This document shows, piece by piece, positions 54,496 to 63,426 of a stretch of 64,000 nucleotides of DNA. Positions within the stretch are counted from its first letter, which is position 1; every line of letters starts with the position of its first letter. Below the pieces are notes generated by a model, which ran no database searches, was not told where the DNA came from, and saw only the letters and a list, made by a program, of their open reading frames with translations. The translations under genes and the position numbers were made by a program. This DNA is from a virus. Its lineage: Duplodnaviria; Caudoviricetes. The stretch lies in the IMG/VR virus record IMGVR_UViG_3300044641_005618, one strand, 5' to 3'.

Positions 54496-54873
54496 TTATC
54501 CACCGTTTTTCGCTACCTCCCTAGCCCGGTCTCGCATTGAGTATATGCGTCGGCATTCGTCGTCGCTGAGCCCAAGGGCCATGGAATGAAGGTGACTAGC
54601 ACAGGTAATTTTGTCCAAAACTCTTGACAAAGCCCATGCAAAGTCTCCCTCTGGGGGGTCGTAAGTTGGGACCCAGTCTTTGGTGTGACGCCAAGGGTGC
54701 GTTAACCCCTGGTTTCTATAGTGCGCCACATTCTCGAAACGAGTATGTTGGTACCCGTCCTCTTCTTCTCCCATCAAAATTTCAATGGCACCGTCCGAGT
54801 CCATGTCTTCGAAGTCCGGGAGATGGGGTGGATAGTTGTATGAGGTGGATGATGTGTGGGTGGTGTAAATCAT
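54496..54873 (-). CDS. hypothetical protein
   Basis: 125-aa ORF. Confidence 0.55.
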   Translation of the reverse strand: MIYTTHTSSTSYNYPPHLPDFEDMDSDGAIEILMGEEEDGYQHTRFENVAHYRNQGLTHPWRHTKDWVPTYDPPEGDFAWALSRVLDKITCASHLHSMALGLSDDECRRIYSMRDRAREVAKNGG

Positions 54874-54875
54874 GT

Positions 54876-55379
54876 TTAATATACGAAACTTTTCTGAAAC
54901 CTGTCACTTTCAGTTCGTATTGCAAGCTCAAGTCCGTTCAAGGTTGAAACCTGGGGAACACCATAACGCTCACAAACAATGTCAACGTTGCCCTTACGGT
55001 GGAATCCTTCGGGGCAGCATACAACAGTCTTCCTGACAGTGTGGAAACTGAGTCCGGTGTCGAAGCCAAGTTCGAACAAAGAAACGGGGGCCATGGTGCC
55101 CGGTGCTAGATATACTACAACCATACTGGCCCTCTCTAGGCCGTCAAGCTCCCACTCAACCTGCTCTCGAAACACCGGGTTATCGGCGCTTTGAACCCAA
55201 GTTGGGTCCCAATCGTCGCGTCGCGGATTGTAAATATCAATGTCGTGGTCAGCAAGACTACGTTCGAGGTCAGCTTGCCAGTCGGGTGCAGAGCCCATTT
55301 CTATCGAACCTGCAAGAAACACACTGAGCCTCGACGAGAAAGGGGGTAGCTGTGCCGGTGGTTTGTAAATAGTTGCCAT
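54876..55379 (-). CDS. nucleoside 2-deoxyribosyltransferase-like protein
   Basis: VFLAGSIE...WQ...YNPRRDDWD...QVEWEL...SLFELG. Confidence 0.85.
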   Translation of the reverse strand: MATIYKPPAQLPPFSSRLSVFLAGSIEMGSAPDWQADLERSLADHDIDIYNPRRDDWDPTWVQSADNPVFREQVEWELDGLERASMVVVYLAPGTMAPVSLFELGFDTGLSFHTVRKTVVCCPEGFHRKGNVDIVCERYGVPQVSTLNGLELAIRTESDRFQKSFVY

Positions 55380-55408
55380 GGTTTCAAGGTTAAGTAGTTG
55401 TGATTAAA

Positions 55409-55696
55409 TTACCAGGAAATTAAAATGTGAAGGGTCCCAACTAGTCTAACCTTGTACCCATCTTCTTCTTCTAGAACTCTAGCAACTTCCCCTTTAGTGG
55501 AGTAATCGCAGTCTCCAAAGTAAACGTTCGTATACTTGACACCGTAACCCCTCTTAATATCCTCACGTATGGCTTTGTAGCAGTGCTCCAAAAATCTCCT
55601 CACGGTTTCAGGGTTAGCTTGTGGGTACGGGGGAGTTACAGACCTCTGTGAAGCTTCAGCAGCTGTGATTCGGTTTGAAACCTCAAGGTTTAGCAT
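55409..55696 (-). CDS. hypothetical protein
   Basis: 95-aa ORF. Confidence 0.55.
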   Translation of the reverse strand: MLNLEVSNRITAAEASQRSVTPPYPQANPETVRRFLEHCYKAIREDIKRGYGVKYTNVYFGDCDYSTKGEVARVLEEEDGYKVRLVGTLHILISW

Positions 55697-55706
55697 TGTT
55701 GTTGTT

Positions 55707-56339
55707 TTAGGTTACTAAAGAGTTAGGTACAAGCTGCTGCGTCCTCCAGTGCTTGTCAGTTTGAACGTGACCTTTACGGACAAACTTAGCAACAGAAGTG
55801 CTAAAGTTATCGTAGTGAAAGGAATCAGCAAGGCGAACTACATAGCCTTCTGTCGTGTTGGTGTCCAGGCCCTTTGCCAGATTAAGGGCCACGGTCTCGT
55901 CCCAGAGTCCAGAGTAAAGAACGGAAACAGGGGTGACCCCTAACATTTCAAAGTAGTCTTCAGTGTCCTCCCATGACAATGCCCGGTTGTGCTCGTCAAA
56001 AATGCTAAACCCGTAAAAGTATGAGTGCAAGTTGGAGTAAGAAACAGAATGTTTCGCCCAGAGGTTTTCACCACAGATTCGCCACCCTTCAGGGATTTCA
56101 CTACGGATCGAAGCCCAGAATTGCTTCACCCATGCGCGGTCTTCACCACCTTTGCTGTCCAGGCTCCTGGCGTGAACATAGTCTCGGTACATCGTTGTAT
56201 TCTCACCGTCCATCTTTTCCGTCACAACCACGCGGTTGCCCTCAAAATGAACGACGGACGGAACAACCTTGTCGTCAGACGTTACAGCTTCTGACCAAGG
56301 TAGATGAAAAGTCCTGGGGTACTTGGTGCGGGATTCCAT
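55707..56339 (-). CDS. RNA ligase family protein
   Basis: KYPRTFHLPWS, motif I EKMDGEN, GEN, EGYVVR, AKFVR. Confidence 0.85.
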   Translation of the reverse strand: MESRTKYPRTFHLPWSEAVTSDDKVVPSVVHFEGNRVVVTEKMDGENTTMYRDYVHARSLDSKGGEDRAWVKQFWASIRSEIPEGWRICGENLWAKHSVSYSNLHSYFYGFSIFDEHNRALSWEDTEDYFEMLGVTPVSVLYSGLWDETVALNLAKGLDTNTTEGYVVRLADSFHYDNFSTSVAKFVRKGHVQTDKHWRTQQLVPNSLVT

Positions 56340-56363
56340 GTCAGTTTCTCTGGTCTTGTACTA

Positions 56364-56407
56364 AGTATACCGTTTCCGCCGAGCAGAAGAAAGCGGGGGA
56401 AACCGCC
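56364..56407 (-). promoter_or_regulatory. sigma70-like promoter (family member)
   Basis: TTTCTT-17-TATACT, imperfect spacer inverted repeat, upstream GGCGGTTTCCCC. Confidence 0.65.
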
Positions 56408-56506
56408 TTAGCAAAGATCCGCTTAGGTTGAACCCTCGGAAACCATTGGTGAATGTGGGGAATAAACGAACGTTCGTACGATTATCTATCGCCCTTGGAC
56501 TGAACT

Positions 56507-56794
56507 TTAAAAACCCATCGGTGAGCGACCCTTGTAGCAGTCGGGTGTCTCTCCACCCTTGTAGTCGTTTATTGGGGTGAGTGGAAGCTTTGTGAAACTG
56601 AAGAACCACTTTGAGTTGGGGTTAGGGGTAAGAGTTAATTTCTTTAATGGGGGTTGGACGCTATTTAGCCACCCTTCCTCGAGGAAAGGGGGCAGTTCTC
56701 GCATGCTGGCAGCAGCGGCGTTAGCAATGTCTTGAGTGCTCGGGTCTCCCTCTAGCTTAAGGGACAAAGTGATCGTGACTTGATGAGTTTCCAT
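56507..56794 (-). CDS. hypothetical protein
   Basis: 95-aa ORF downstream of a promoter. Confidence 0.5.
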   Translation of the reverse strand: METHQVTITLSLKLEGDPSTQDIANAAAASMRELPPFLEEGWLNSVQPPLKKLTLTPNPNSKWFFSFTKLPLTPINDYKGGETPDCYKGRSPMGF

Positions 56795-56818
56795 TGGGAA
56801 TTTGCTTTCAACATACTT

Positions 56819-56864
56819 AGTATACCGTTTCTGCGCTGCAGAAACAAAGGAGGGTAAACCGTCC
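56819..56864 (-). promoter_or_regulatory. sigma70-like promoter (family member)
   Basis: TTGTTT-17-TATACT, 8-bp spacer inverted repeat, upstream GACGGTTTACCC. Confidence 0.75.
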
Positions 56865-56901
56865 TAGAGCAACCGGGACCCCGCCTAAGCAAATGACTCG
56901 C

Positions 56902-57420
56902 TTAGAGAGAATCCCCGGAAAGTGGAGGCAGCGGTAAGGGTACAGCACCGGGAATGGCCTTGGGCACCCCGATCTTGCGCTCTTTCGGCGGTCCCACTTG
57001 CGCGTCTGCGGACAGGCCCCCGTAAGCCGGTGCTTCCAAACCTGTTGGACTGAAAGTTGGTCCAGGTGAGGGAGTGTTGGAAAGCTCTGTGAACTCAGGG
57101 GGAAGGCTCGGGGGAGCTGAGCCAGGGGGCGAGAGACTAACCACAAGGTGGTTGAGACAGTCTGTGTAGGGGGGCATTGCACCCGTTTCTACTATCTTCT
57201 GGGAGAGGCTCGTTCGCTGAGTGTGAACCCACTCAGATAAAATCTGCGAAATTTTGTCGGCCCAGAATTCTGCGTTCTCTTCGTCGTTGCCTTCCTGGAG
57301 AAATGCACCTTGAATTTGGCTCCAAAGGGAATTTGACTTTCGTTGGGCCCGTTCGAGCTCAGCGGTTAGGAACGAAATTTGTTCCTTAAGCTTTTCAATT
57401 AGGTCTTGGGAGTTTGACAT
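56902..57420 (-). CDS. hypothetical protein (coiled coil plus Pro-rich tail)
   Basis: 172-aa ORF. Confidence 0.55.
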   Translation of the reverse strand: MSNSQDLIEKLKEQISFLTAELERAQRKSNSLWSQIQGAFLQEGNDEENAEFWADKISQILSEWVHTQRTSLSQKIVETGAMPPYTDCLNHLVVSLSPPGSAPPSLPPEFTELSNTPSPGPTFSPTGLEAPAYGGLSADAQVGPPKERKIGVPKAIPGAVPLPLPPLSGDSL

Positions 57421-57917
57421 TGCTTAGTTTCGTCGTTGCGGAATATGGTGTGCGGATACTTTTGAGCCAGGTTGGTCATTCTTGTTTGCATACCCTTCAT
57501 CCAAGTTTCGTTCTGGGTATTGTTCCGGGCTGCTCGTCTCTTCTCAAGCTCTTCGTCGCTAACCTGGACAAGAACAAGCGTCATGTTCCCTGTGGCGAAC
57601 ATTGCATCTAAGGTGGGGTTATTAGAGAAGCGTTCACCTTCAGAAAGAATATCCCATTCCTTGTATTTTTCTTCATTGTCCAGCAACCATTGGCGGAACT
57701 TTGGACCAACCCCTTTTGAAAGTTTGTCCGATCCTGCAAAAGTGCTATCGTCGTATACACCCAGCACGATAGTTTTTTGCTTCTCAAATTTGTGATATCT
57801 AACGAGTCCTTCTTGCACGTTCTCCCCCCGCTCATTGGCTTCAAGGGCGTTAAGTTTGTTACGCATTAGCGTGGTTTTACCACAGCCAGGGACTCCGAAG
57901 TAATGTGTCAGTTTCAT
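57399..57917 (-). CDS. P-loop kinase of the base-modification type (5-hmU DNA kinase-like)
   Basis: GVPGCGKTT, LGVY....FAGSDKLS, EGERF, RRAARNNTQNETW; adjacent to the amino acid:DNA transferase. Confidence 0.75.
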   Translation of the reverse strand: MKLTHYFGVPGCGKTTLMRNKLNALEANERGENVQEGLVRYHKFEKQKTIVLGVYDDSTFAGSDKLSKGVGPKFRQWLLDNEEKYKEWDILSEGERFSNNPTLDAMFATGNMTLVLVQVSDEELEKRRAARNNTQNETWMKGMQTRMTNLAQKYPHTIFRNDETKQCQTPKT

Positions 57918-57939
57918 GCTGTTTTGCAGGTGTATCTTC

Positions 57940-57968
57940 ATTATAGTGTGAGGTGGCGGTCCAGTAAA
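57940..57968 (-). promoter_or_regulatory. sigma70-like promoter in front of the kinase
   Basis: TTTACT-17-TATAAT; lacks the upstream GGTTT element. Confidence 0.55.
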
Positions 57969-57984
57969 CAGTGTGCCCTGACTC

Positions 57985-59049
57985 TTAGAGTTTGATTAGA
58001 TTATCATTCTGCCAAGTGTAGTGAAAACTTCCATTTTCAACGAAACGTTTCATCTTTTCCTTGTCAATCGAATCAGCGGAGCTTAAACGATTGTTGGAAC
58101 ACTCCGCTCTACACTGATGCAAAACTTGCCATTCTATACCATACCAACCATCACCTTCCGCTTTGTGAATTTGCTCAGCAACACGGTCATTGTAGTAGTT
58201 TATGTAACGACCATTGGAAGTCCGAAAAACTTTTTTGTACGAACACAATACTGTCTCAAGGGAAAAGTTGTCGAAGTCTTTAGTAAACTCTGGCCATCGG
58301 GATTGGGCTTCCGAACTAAGATCAGAGCCGAATCCCCCCAACCACTCGTATTCTTGTGCTGTTAACCGCTGGTTAACCCAATCGTCCTTACCCGCCGCCA
58401 GACATAAGCCGTTGCGGTGACTTTTGGAGCCGGAGTAATCATCCAGGAACAGGGATGGACACTCTATAGGTAAGTCACAAGTTGCTTTGAGAGTCTGAAG
58501 ATAGAAGAAGGTGGTGTAACGGCCAAACTTGAAAAAGTTTTTAATGACGATATTCCAGAGCGTCCAAAAATTATCTTCAAGGGAACCCTGGCACAATCGG
58601 GTAAACTTGTCTTGTTGGGAAGAACTACCAATAAATTGGTGGTAACTTGCATACATGGTAGCAAGGTGCCCCCTCGACCATTTGCAATCTCGTTCGTGGC
58701 GTATACGACTGTAATTCTCAGCTACAAATGAGTCAAATCGTTCTACACTCGCAAGCTCTTCGTCTGGAAACTCTTGCTTAAATGCCCAAGATGTGGGTAA
58801 GTAATATGTATGAAAGAGCCAAGCGAACCACAGCTTTTCTTCAATACTATGCTCAAACCTTTCGTTTAAGTATCGCATCATCCACATGGATGGGTCAATG
58901 TCCAGAGCTGCAGCTGAAGACACCCACCATTGCAAAAAACCCTCTCTTCTATTCTCCAATAATCTGTAGTCAACATGACTAATATTTTGTTTATATGCAC
59001 AGGCAACATCAACAGGTCCGCTGCTGCGCACGTTATTCTTGACAGTCAT
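57985..59049 (-). CDS. amino acid:DNA transferase (aGPT-pyrophosphorylase clade 2-like)
   Basis: DYRLLENRREGF, EEKLWFAWLF, FKFGRYTTFFYLQ, GSKSHRNGL, LETVLCSYKK, RYINYY; start position uncertain. Confidence 0.8.
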   Translation of the reverse strand: MTVKNNVRSSGPVDVACAYKQNISHVDYRLLENRREGFLQWWVSSAAALDIDPSMWMMRYLNERFEHSIEEKLWFAWLFHTYYLPTSWAFKQEFPDEELASVERFDSFVAENYSRIRHERDCKWSRGHLATMYASYHQFIGSSSQQDKFTRLCQGSLEDNFWTLWNIVIKNFFKFGRYTTFFYLQTLKATCDLPIECPSLFLDDYSGSKSHRNGLCLAAGKDDWVNQRLTAQEYEWLGGFGSDLSSEAQSRWPEFTKDFDNFSLETVLCSYKKVFRTSNGRYINYYNDRVAEQIHKAEGDGWYGIEWQVLHQCRAECSNNRLSSADSIDKEKMKRFVENGSFHYTWQNDNLIKL

Positions 59050-59388
59050 AATACGGGTTGTTACGAGGTGAACTCATGTGGTACTTCTAAAACGGCGGCT
59101 AAATTTCCTCGAATGGCCCCTAAAATGAGAAGAATAATGTCAGAAATGGGTTATAGCGGAGAGGAACATTTAGCTAAACCTTATGATCAAACCCTCCTGG
59201 ACTGGTCGGATCTCATAGTTTGTATGAGTAAAGTACACATTACTCGCATTAATGAGAACTTCAGTGTTGACACCGACAAGATAGCTAACTGGGAAGTTAT
59301 AGACCCATTTTTTCACAAGGGCGAGGAGGTACATCGAAGTGTGGCCCACCAGATTAAAGAGCTAGTTTTCCGCCACTTTCTAGACTGA
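58975..59388 (+). CDS. low-molecular-weight protein tyrosine phosphatase / ArsC-fold phosphatase
   Basis: NILFICTGNINRS (C-x5-R loop), DLIVCM, DPF; the only credible plus-strand gene. Confidence 0.85.
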   Translation: MTNILFICTGNINRSAAAHVILDSHNTGCYEVNSCGTSKTAAKFPRMAPKMRRIMSEMGYSGEEHLAKPYDQTLLDWSDLIVCMSKVHITRINENFSVDTDKIANWEVIDPFFHKGEEVHRSVAHQIKELVFRHFLD

Positions 59389-60304
59389 CAAAGTTTGACA
59401 TCTCAGCAGCAGGTTGTTTATAAATGTCAAAGTGCTCTGACATTCTGTTCAGACGCTGACCCACCACGGTTCTAGTGTTTTTCTCCAGATCTGTCCATCT
59501 AAAGATAGTATCGATATTATGGTCGTAGGGTGCGAACTGTGGAAACTTCCAGTTTCTCGAGGAGTAGATCTGGTCGGGGGTTTCACCTGTAAACAACGCT
59601 GCTTCCACAAACCTATGAATCCAACTAAAACAGCATTCGATCTCACTGCTATCTAGCGAAGGCGTGAAATGTCTAAACTCAATGGTGTTTGTTTCCCTAA
59701 GCTGAGACAAATTGATACCACCCCGGATAGCTAGTGCCCAAAGAGGCTTACCGGTCTTATCTTTGGGTGCATGACCATTTATGAACTCTTCCGGAGTTTC
59801 AGCCCCCATGCAAGCAGCTATTTGTTTCGGTTTTAGCTTATTTTGGTGGCTTACCAATCGTCTTTTGTATCTTTGTATGGCCCCCTTATACGAGGCTTCG
59901 GTTTGAAACTGGTGTCGTTCGGGGATGTCTAACGGTTCAACCAGCTCGTATACACGGTTCTGGTGACCCAGAACATACTGCATCAGACGCTTCAGAGCAG
60001 TCAGATCTTCACGCAATCCTGGCACCTGTATATGCAGATGTAGGTTGGTCCGGTGGTTGATATGTATGCGCTCTAGAGACTTAACCAAACTGTTCCATAT
60101 ATCTAGCTGCCCCTCTATACTATCCGTAGGGTCTGTGTTTATTTCCCCCCCGAGGGTATACAACTTTGCCTTTTCATCATTAGCCACACCAGTAGAGTTG
60201 GCTATACTATGATCTTTAAAGTTCCAGTTAGCGCCTCTAGGTAGTGTAACCAATCTGTCAACATCACCCAGTTCATACTCTGCACCATAAGTAGCTTCAA
60301 TCAT
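59354..60304 (-). CDS. amidoligase (COOH-NH2 ligase, Amidoligase_2-like)
   Basis: GAEYELGD, GGEINT, NLHLHI, TIEFRHF. Confidence 0.8.
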   Translation of the reverse strand: MIEATYGAEYELGDVDRLVTLPRGANWNFKDHSIANSTGVANDEKAKLYTLGGEINTDPTDSIEGQLDIWNSLVKSLERIHINHRTNLHLHIQVPGLREDLTALKRLMQYVLGHQNRVYELVEPLDIPERHQFQTEASYKGAIQRYKRRLVSHQNKLKPKQIAACMGAETPEEFINGHAPKDKTGKPLWALAIRGGINLSQLRETNTIEFRHFTPSLDSSEIECCFSWIHRFVEAALFTGETPDQIYSSRNWKFPQFAPYDHNIDTIFRWTDLEKNTRTVVGQRLNRMSEHFDIYKQPAAEMSNFVSLESGGKLAL

Positions 60305-61173
60305 ATAACCTCGTGGTATTGTCGTTGTTTCTTTCCTCTTTTCTTATCCCACTTAGTGGCAGCCCAACCTTTCCAGGTATCGGCATCAAACTCGAAAGGT
60401 GGGAATTGAAAATCGTTGCTGTTCAAAATTTCTTTCACCGTTGGTCCATCATTCAGTGCAGCGGATATAAACAGAGTAGCAAATCTAAAGCAGCTTTCTA
60501 ACTGTTTACGGTCTAAACTGTTTCTAAAACACCGGAACTCAATAGTCTTTGTATGCTTCAGGCAGTAAGTGTTAATGGCGTATCTGAATGGTCGACCTTG
60601 TGAGACGCCATCTTTGCCGCTACCGTGCAACTTTATAAAGTGATCAAAGTTAGTAGAGAGATTGACTATATTGTCACACATCCACGAAGGCATTAAACGA
60701 CCTCCGTCGTACTTCATGTAAGACTTTACATTTTTCAGACCTTTCATGTTATCCGTTTCTGTGAACGGGTAAACAGCATCCACAACATCTTTTTGATTAT
60801 CTTTAACGTAAGCAACAAGTTTTTTCAGTGATACTAAATCCCCTGTTAAACCAGGTACATGAACGTGAACATGAGCATGGGTCCGACAACAAATTGTAGG
60901 CTCATGGTTGTTGTTAGCGAACAGGTCACGTATATCAAAAATCCTATCAACTTGCTCTCGCCATGTACTTGTCGGTTTGGTATTAATTTCCCCACCCACG
61001 GGAGGGTCAAGACCCAACGGGTCGGCGGCAACATACTTGTAAGGATCTCGAAGATTAACAATGTCCCGTTCAGAGTATTCCCAGCTCCCTAAATGGGAGG
61101 GAATGTCGAAAGATCTGGGGACATCGCCCCATTCTATTTCAAAGCCATAAGTCCAGGTTGCTGGATCAAACAC
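60301..61173 (-). CDS. amidoligase (COOH-NH2 ligase, Amidoligase_2-like), paralog
   Basis: GFEIEWGD, GGEINT, HAHVHVH, TIEFRCF. Confidence 0.82.
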   Translation of the reverse strand: MFDPATWTYGFEIEWGDVPRSFDIPSHLGSWEYSERDIVNLRDPYKYVAADPLGLDPPVGGEINTKPTSTWREQVDRIFDIRDLFANNNHEPTICCRTHAHVHVHVPGLTGDLVSLKKLVAYVKDNQKDVVDAVYPFTETDNMKGLKNVKSYMKYDGGRLMPSWMCDNIVNLSTNFDHFIKLHGSGKDGVSQGRPFRYAINTYCLKHTKTIEFRCFRNSLDRKQLESCFRFATLFISAALNDGPTVKEILNSNDFQFPPFEFDADTWKGWAATKWDKKRGKKQRQYHEVI

Positions 61174-61828
61174 TGATTAAGTCCTCAACTTCAACTAGTT
61201 TAGTTGCAGCCTTACCCTGGTAAAGGAAACCCGGAAGGCAGCGGATAGGGTTCTTCAAACCCGCTCTCAAAGCAATATCTTTCGTTGAGGTTAAAAAGAA
61301 ACCGTTTTTAACTTCGCTTTTCCACAGGGGTCTCTTCCCATTGCGGTAATAACGCATGGAGCCAGTCTCTCTTAGCTCCAAAACAGCCATGGAAGCGTCT
61401 GTAAACTTTTTCAACGGTTGTTCCTTGTTTTCGATAGCACGAAGCACAAGCTCTGAATCGTTGGTGGTTTTTAACTGGTACCCAAACTTTATCCAAGTTT
61501 CAGGGGGCGACTGCTCAATGACACCATTGTGGGCTATGGCTAGAGAGCCGTTCGTTAGCGGTTGATTGTATCTAATATCAGAGGTAGAATAGCGGCAATG
61601 TCCAATCAACGTTAAACAATCGTCTGAGACGCAATCATTCAGATCATAAAGATTGAGAAACTCCTGTGCACAAACTGGCTCAGTGATCGTCTCAAGACCG
61701 TTTTTTCCAATATAAGAAATGCCAGTAGCATGTTTGCCCCTGACCTGCGATTCAAGGGCAATGCGTTGAATTGTTTGAATGTTGTTTTGTGTAACTTCTT
61801 CTAAGTCACATCCAAATAAGGCGCACAT
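61166..61828 (-). CDS. class II (Ntn) glutamine amidotransferase
   Basis: N-terminal Cys (MCALFG), RGKHATG, GHCRYST, HNGVI, TNDSE. Confidence 0.88.
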   Translation of the reverse strand: MCALFGCDLEEVTQNNIQTIQRIALESQVRGKHATGISYIGKNGLETITEPVCAQEFLNLYDLNDCVSDDCLTLIGHCRYSTSDIRYNQPLTNGSLAIAHNGVIEQSPPETWIKFGYQLKTTNDSELVLRAIENKEQPLKKFTDASMAVLELRETGSMRYYRNGKRPLWKSEVKNGFFLTSTKDIALRAGLKNPIRCLPGFLYQGKAATKLVEVEDLISV

Positions 61829-62592
61829 TACACTAAGTTACAGAAAAGAATTTGTCTCCAGCGAGACACCAGCATGTCAGCGTACTGCTGTCGAGTTGGA
61901 GGGTTTGATTGCGGGTCACTATTTTCGTAAAATCCCAGTGACCACGCATCGTTAAGTTCAACTAGGCAGTACCGATTCAGGTCAGGCCTCCAGCCGATGT
62001 CAATCGTGTAAGCACCGGGCGCAATATTTGCCTCTAGCACACCCATAATCTCTTCAACCAGGCCAAAGTCAGGTTCAGGGTTTCTTACGGGCTTGTCGTC
62101 ATACCGCGACCACCCCTGAATTTTACCACCCCCAATGAAGTCGTGAATGTAGAACCGAAATTCCGACTCAAAGGGCACAGCCTGAGAGACCCACACTGAA
62201 GTGTTATCAGAAATTAGTCCAGGTATCTTCAGTTCGAGCTCTCTCTTGATGTCCCCGGTAAACAACTTTATTGCGGTTGGCTTCACAAAGTCTTCCAAGG
62301 TTGCTTCACCGTACACTCCTTGTCGAACGGACCTCATAAGGTACTTTTTCAGTTCTCCATTACACCCGTAGGAAAAGTCCTCAGGTAGCACAATACCTGC
62401 GTGTTCACTATAAGCTTGAACAAATTCCACCGATCCCACAGGAATCAATGTAGCCAGGAAACCTTTAGGGTCTAACTTCGATAGGCCGTTAAACGAGCAA
62501 TATTGGACAGGGTAACAGGAGAAGCTACACGCAACCTTCTCGATTTGTAGTGGTCCTCCGGACTGGAGTAGGAAAGTAGGATTTTTCATCAC
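61828..62592 (-). CDS. ATP-grasp domain protein (DUF4343-like)
   Basis: FVKP, SEFRFYI, AYTIDIG, LVELNDAWSLGFY. Confidence 0.8.
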   Translation of the reverse strand: MMKNPTFLLQSGGPLQIEKVACSFSCYPVQYCSFNGLSKLDPKGFLATLIPVGSVEFVQAYSEHAGIVLPEDFSYGCNGELKKYLMRSVRQGVYGEATLEDFVKPTAIKLFTGDIKRELELKIPGLISDNTSVWVSQAVPFESEFRFYIHDFIGGGKIQGWSRYDDKPVRNPEPDFGLVEEIMGVLEANIAPGAYTIDIGWRPDLNRYCLVELNDAWSLGFYENSDPQSNPPTRQQYADMLVSRWRQILFCNLV

Positions 62593-62601
62593 GGTGGGCA
62601 G

Positions 62602-62781
62602 TTAGTTAGGTAACAACGACAGTATATTGGCATTAACCCACTGGGTCTCTTCTCTCGACAACTTAAGCCACAGAAGGTCAAGCTCGTCGAGCAAGGCCTC
62701 CTCCGCGTCCTCGTTTCCCTCTCCCCTTAACTTTAGGGACAAGCTAAGTTTTTCGCAGTAATCTTTAACTTCGTCAGTCAT
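62602..62781 (-). CDS. hypothetical protein (59 aa)
   Basis: likely start MTDEVKDY overlapping the exonuclease stop. Confidence 0.5.
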   Translation of the reverse strand: MTDEVKDYCEKLSLSLKLRGEGNEDAEEALLDELDLLWLKLSREETQWVNANILSLLPN

Positions 62782-63364
62782 TAAGATTGGATCGAAGCAT
62801 ATTGCAGAAAATACGACCTTGCTCGATGGCATCATCCACAGCGATGTGAGTGTGCTTGTTTTCGAGTGGAAACCACTCCTTTGGGTAGTTCCGTTTGGTG
62901 GACTCCCGGTATCCTCTTTTGAGCAAGGCCATAGCATAGGTCTTACCGTCAAGCGCCGAGAAGCTAAATGGGGACTGTCCAGTGAACCGAATAAGGTACC
63001 AATACACGAAAAGAAAGTCAAACCCTGCAGGAAAACCCACGAATACGGGCAAGGCTTTCCGACCACCTGAACCTTGGTTACTGTTAGCTTTCACGGTCTG
63101 GTCAACCCAACCCGAGAAGAGCAACATGGCTTGGTCCGGACTCCAGGTATGCTCCCGAGAGGCTCTGTAAGCCTCTGGGTGGGCCTCCCACCACGCTTGA
63201 GTGGTAGGGTCCGCCTGAGCCTCCGGAAGGGTCTCCAGGTTCACCGAGAAGGTGCTTAGGAGTATCCCATCGGGTGAGAACGCAGCCGACCCGAGCGAAA
63301 GCATGCTGTTAGGTCCGGGGATCGGTCCGTCGGTCTCAACGTCTGTGCTGAAGTAGATTTCCAT
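62774..63364 (-). CDS. DEDDh 3'-5' exonuclease (Rv2179c/DUF5051-like)
   Basis: [19 protein letters not shown]; start at ATG 63364. Confidence 0.85.
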   Translation of the reverse strand: MEIYFSTDVETDGPIPGPNSMLSLGSAAFSPDGILLSTFSVNLETLPEAQADPTTQAWWEAHPEAYRASREHTWSPDQAMLLFSGWVDQTVKANSNQGSGGRKALPVFVGFPAGFDFLFVYWYLIRFTGQSPFSFSALDGKTYAMALLKRGYRESTKRNYPKEWFPLENKHTHIAVDDAIEQGRIFCNMLRSNLND

Positions 63365-63370
63365 AAAACA

Positions 63371-63410
63371 ATCATAGCATTTATGCGAAGCAGAAACAAG
63401 GGGGAAGCCG
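63371..63410 (-). promoter_or_regulatory. sigma70-like promoter (family member), probably leaderless
   Basis: TTGTTT-17-TATGAT, imperfect spacer inverted repeat with GCGAAGC core on the plus strand; ATG 6 nt downstream. Confidence 0.6.
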
Positions 63411-63426
63411 AAGGCTTCAGGGCGGT

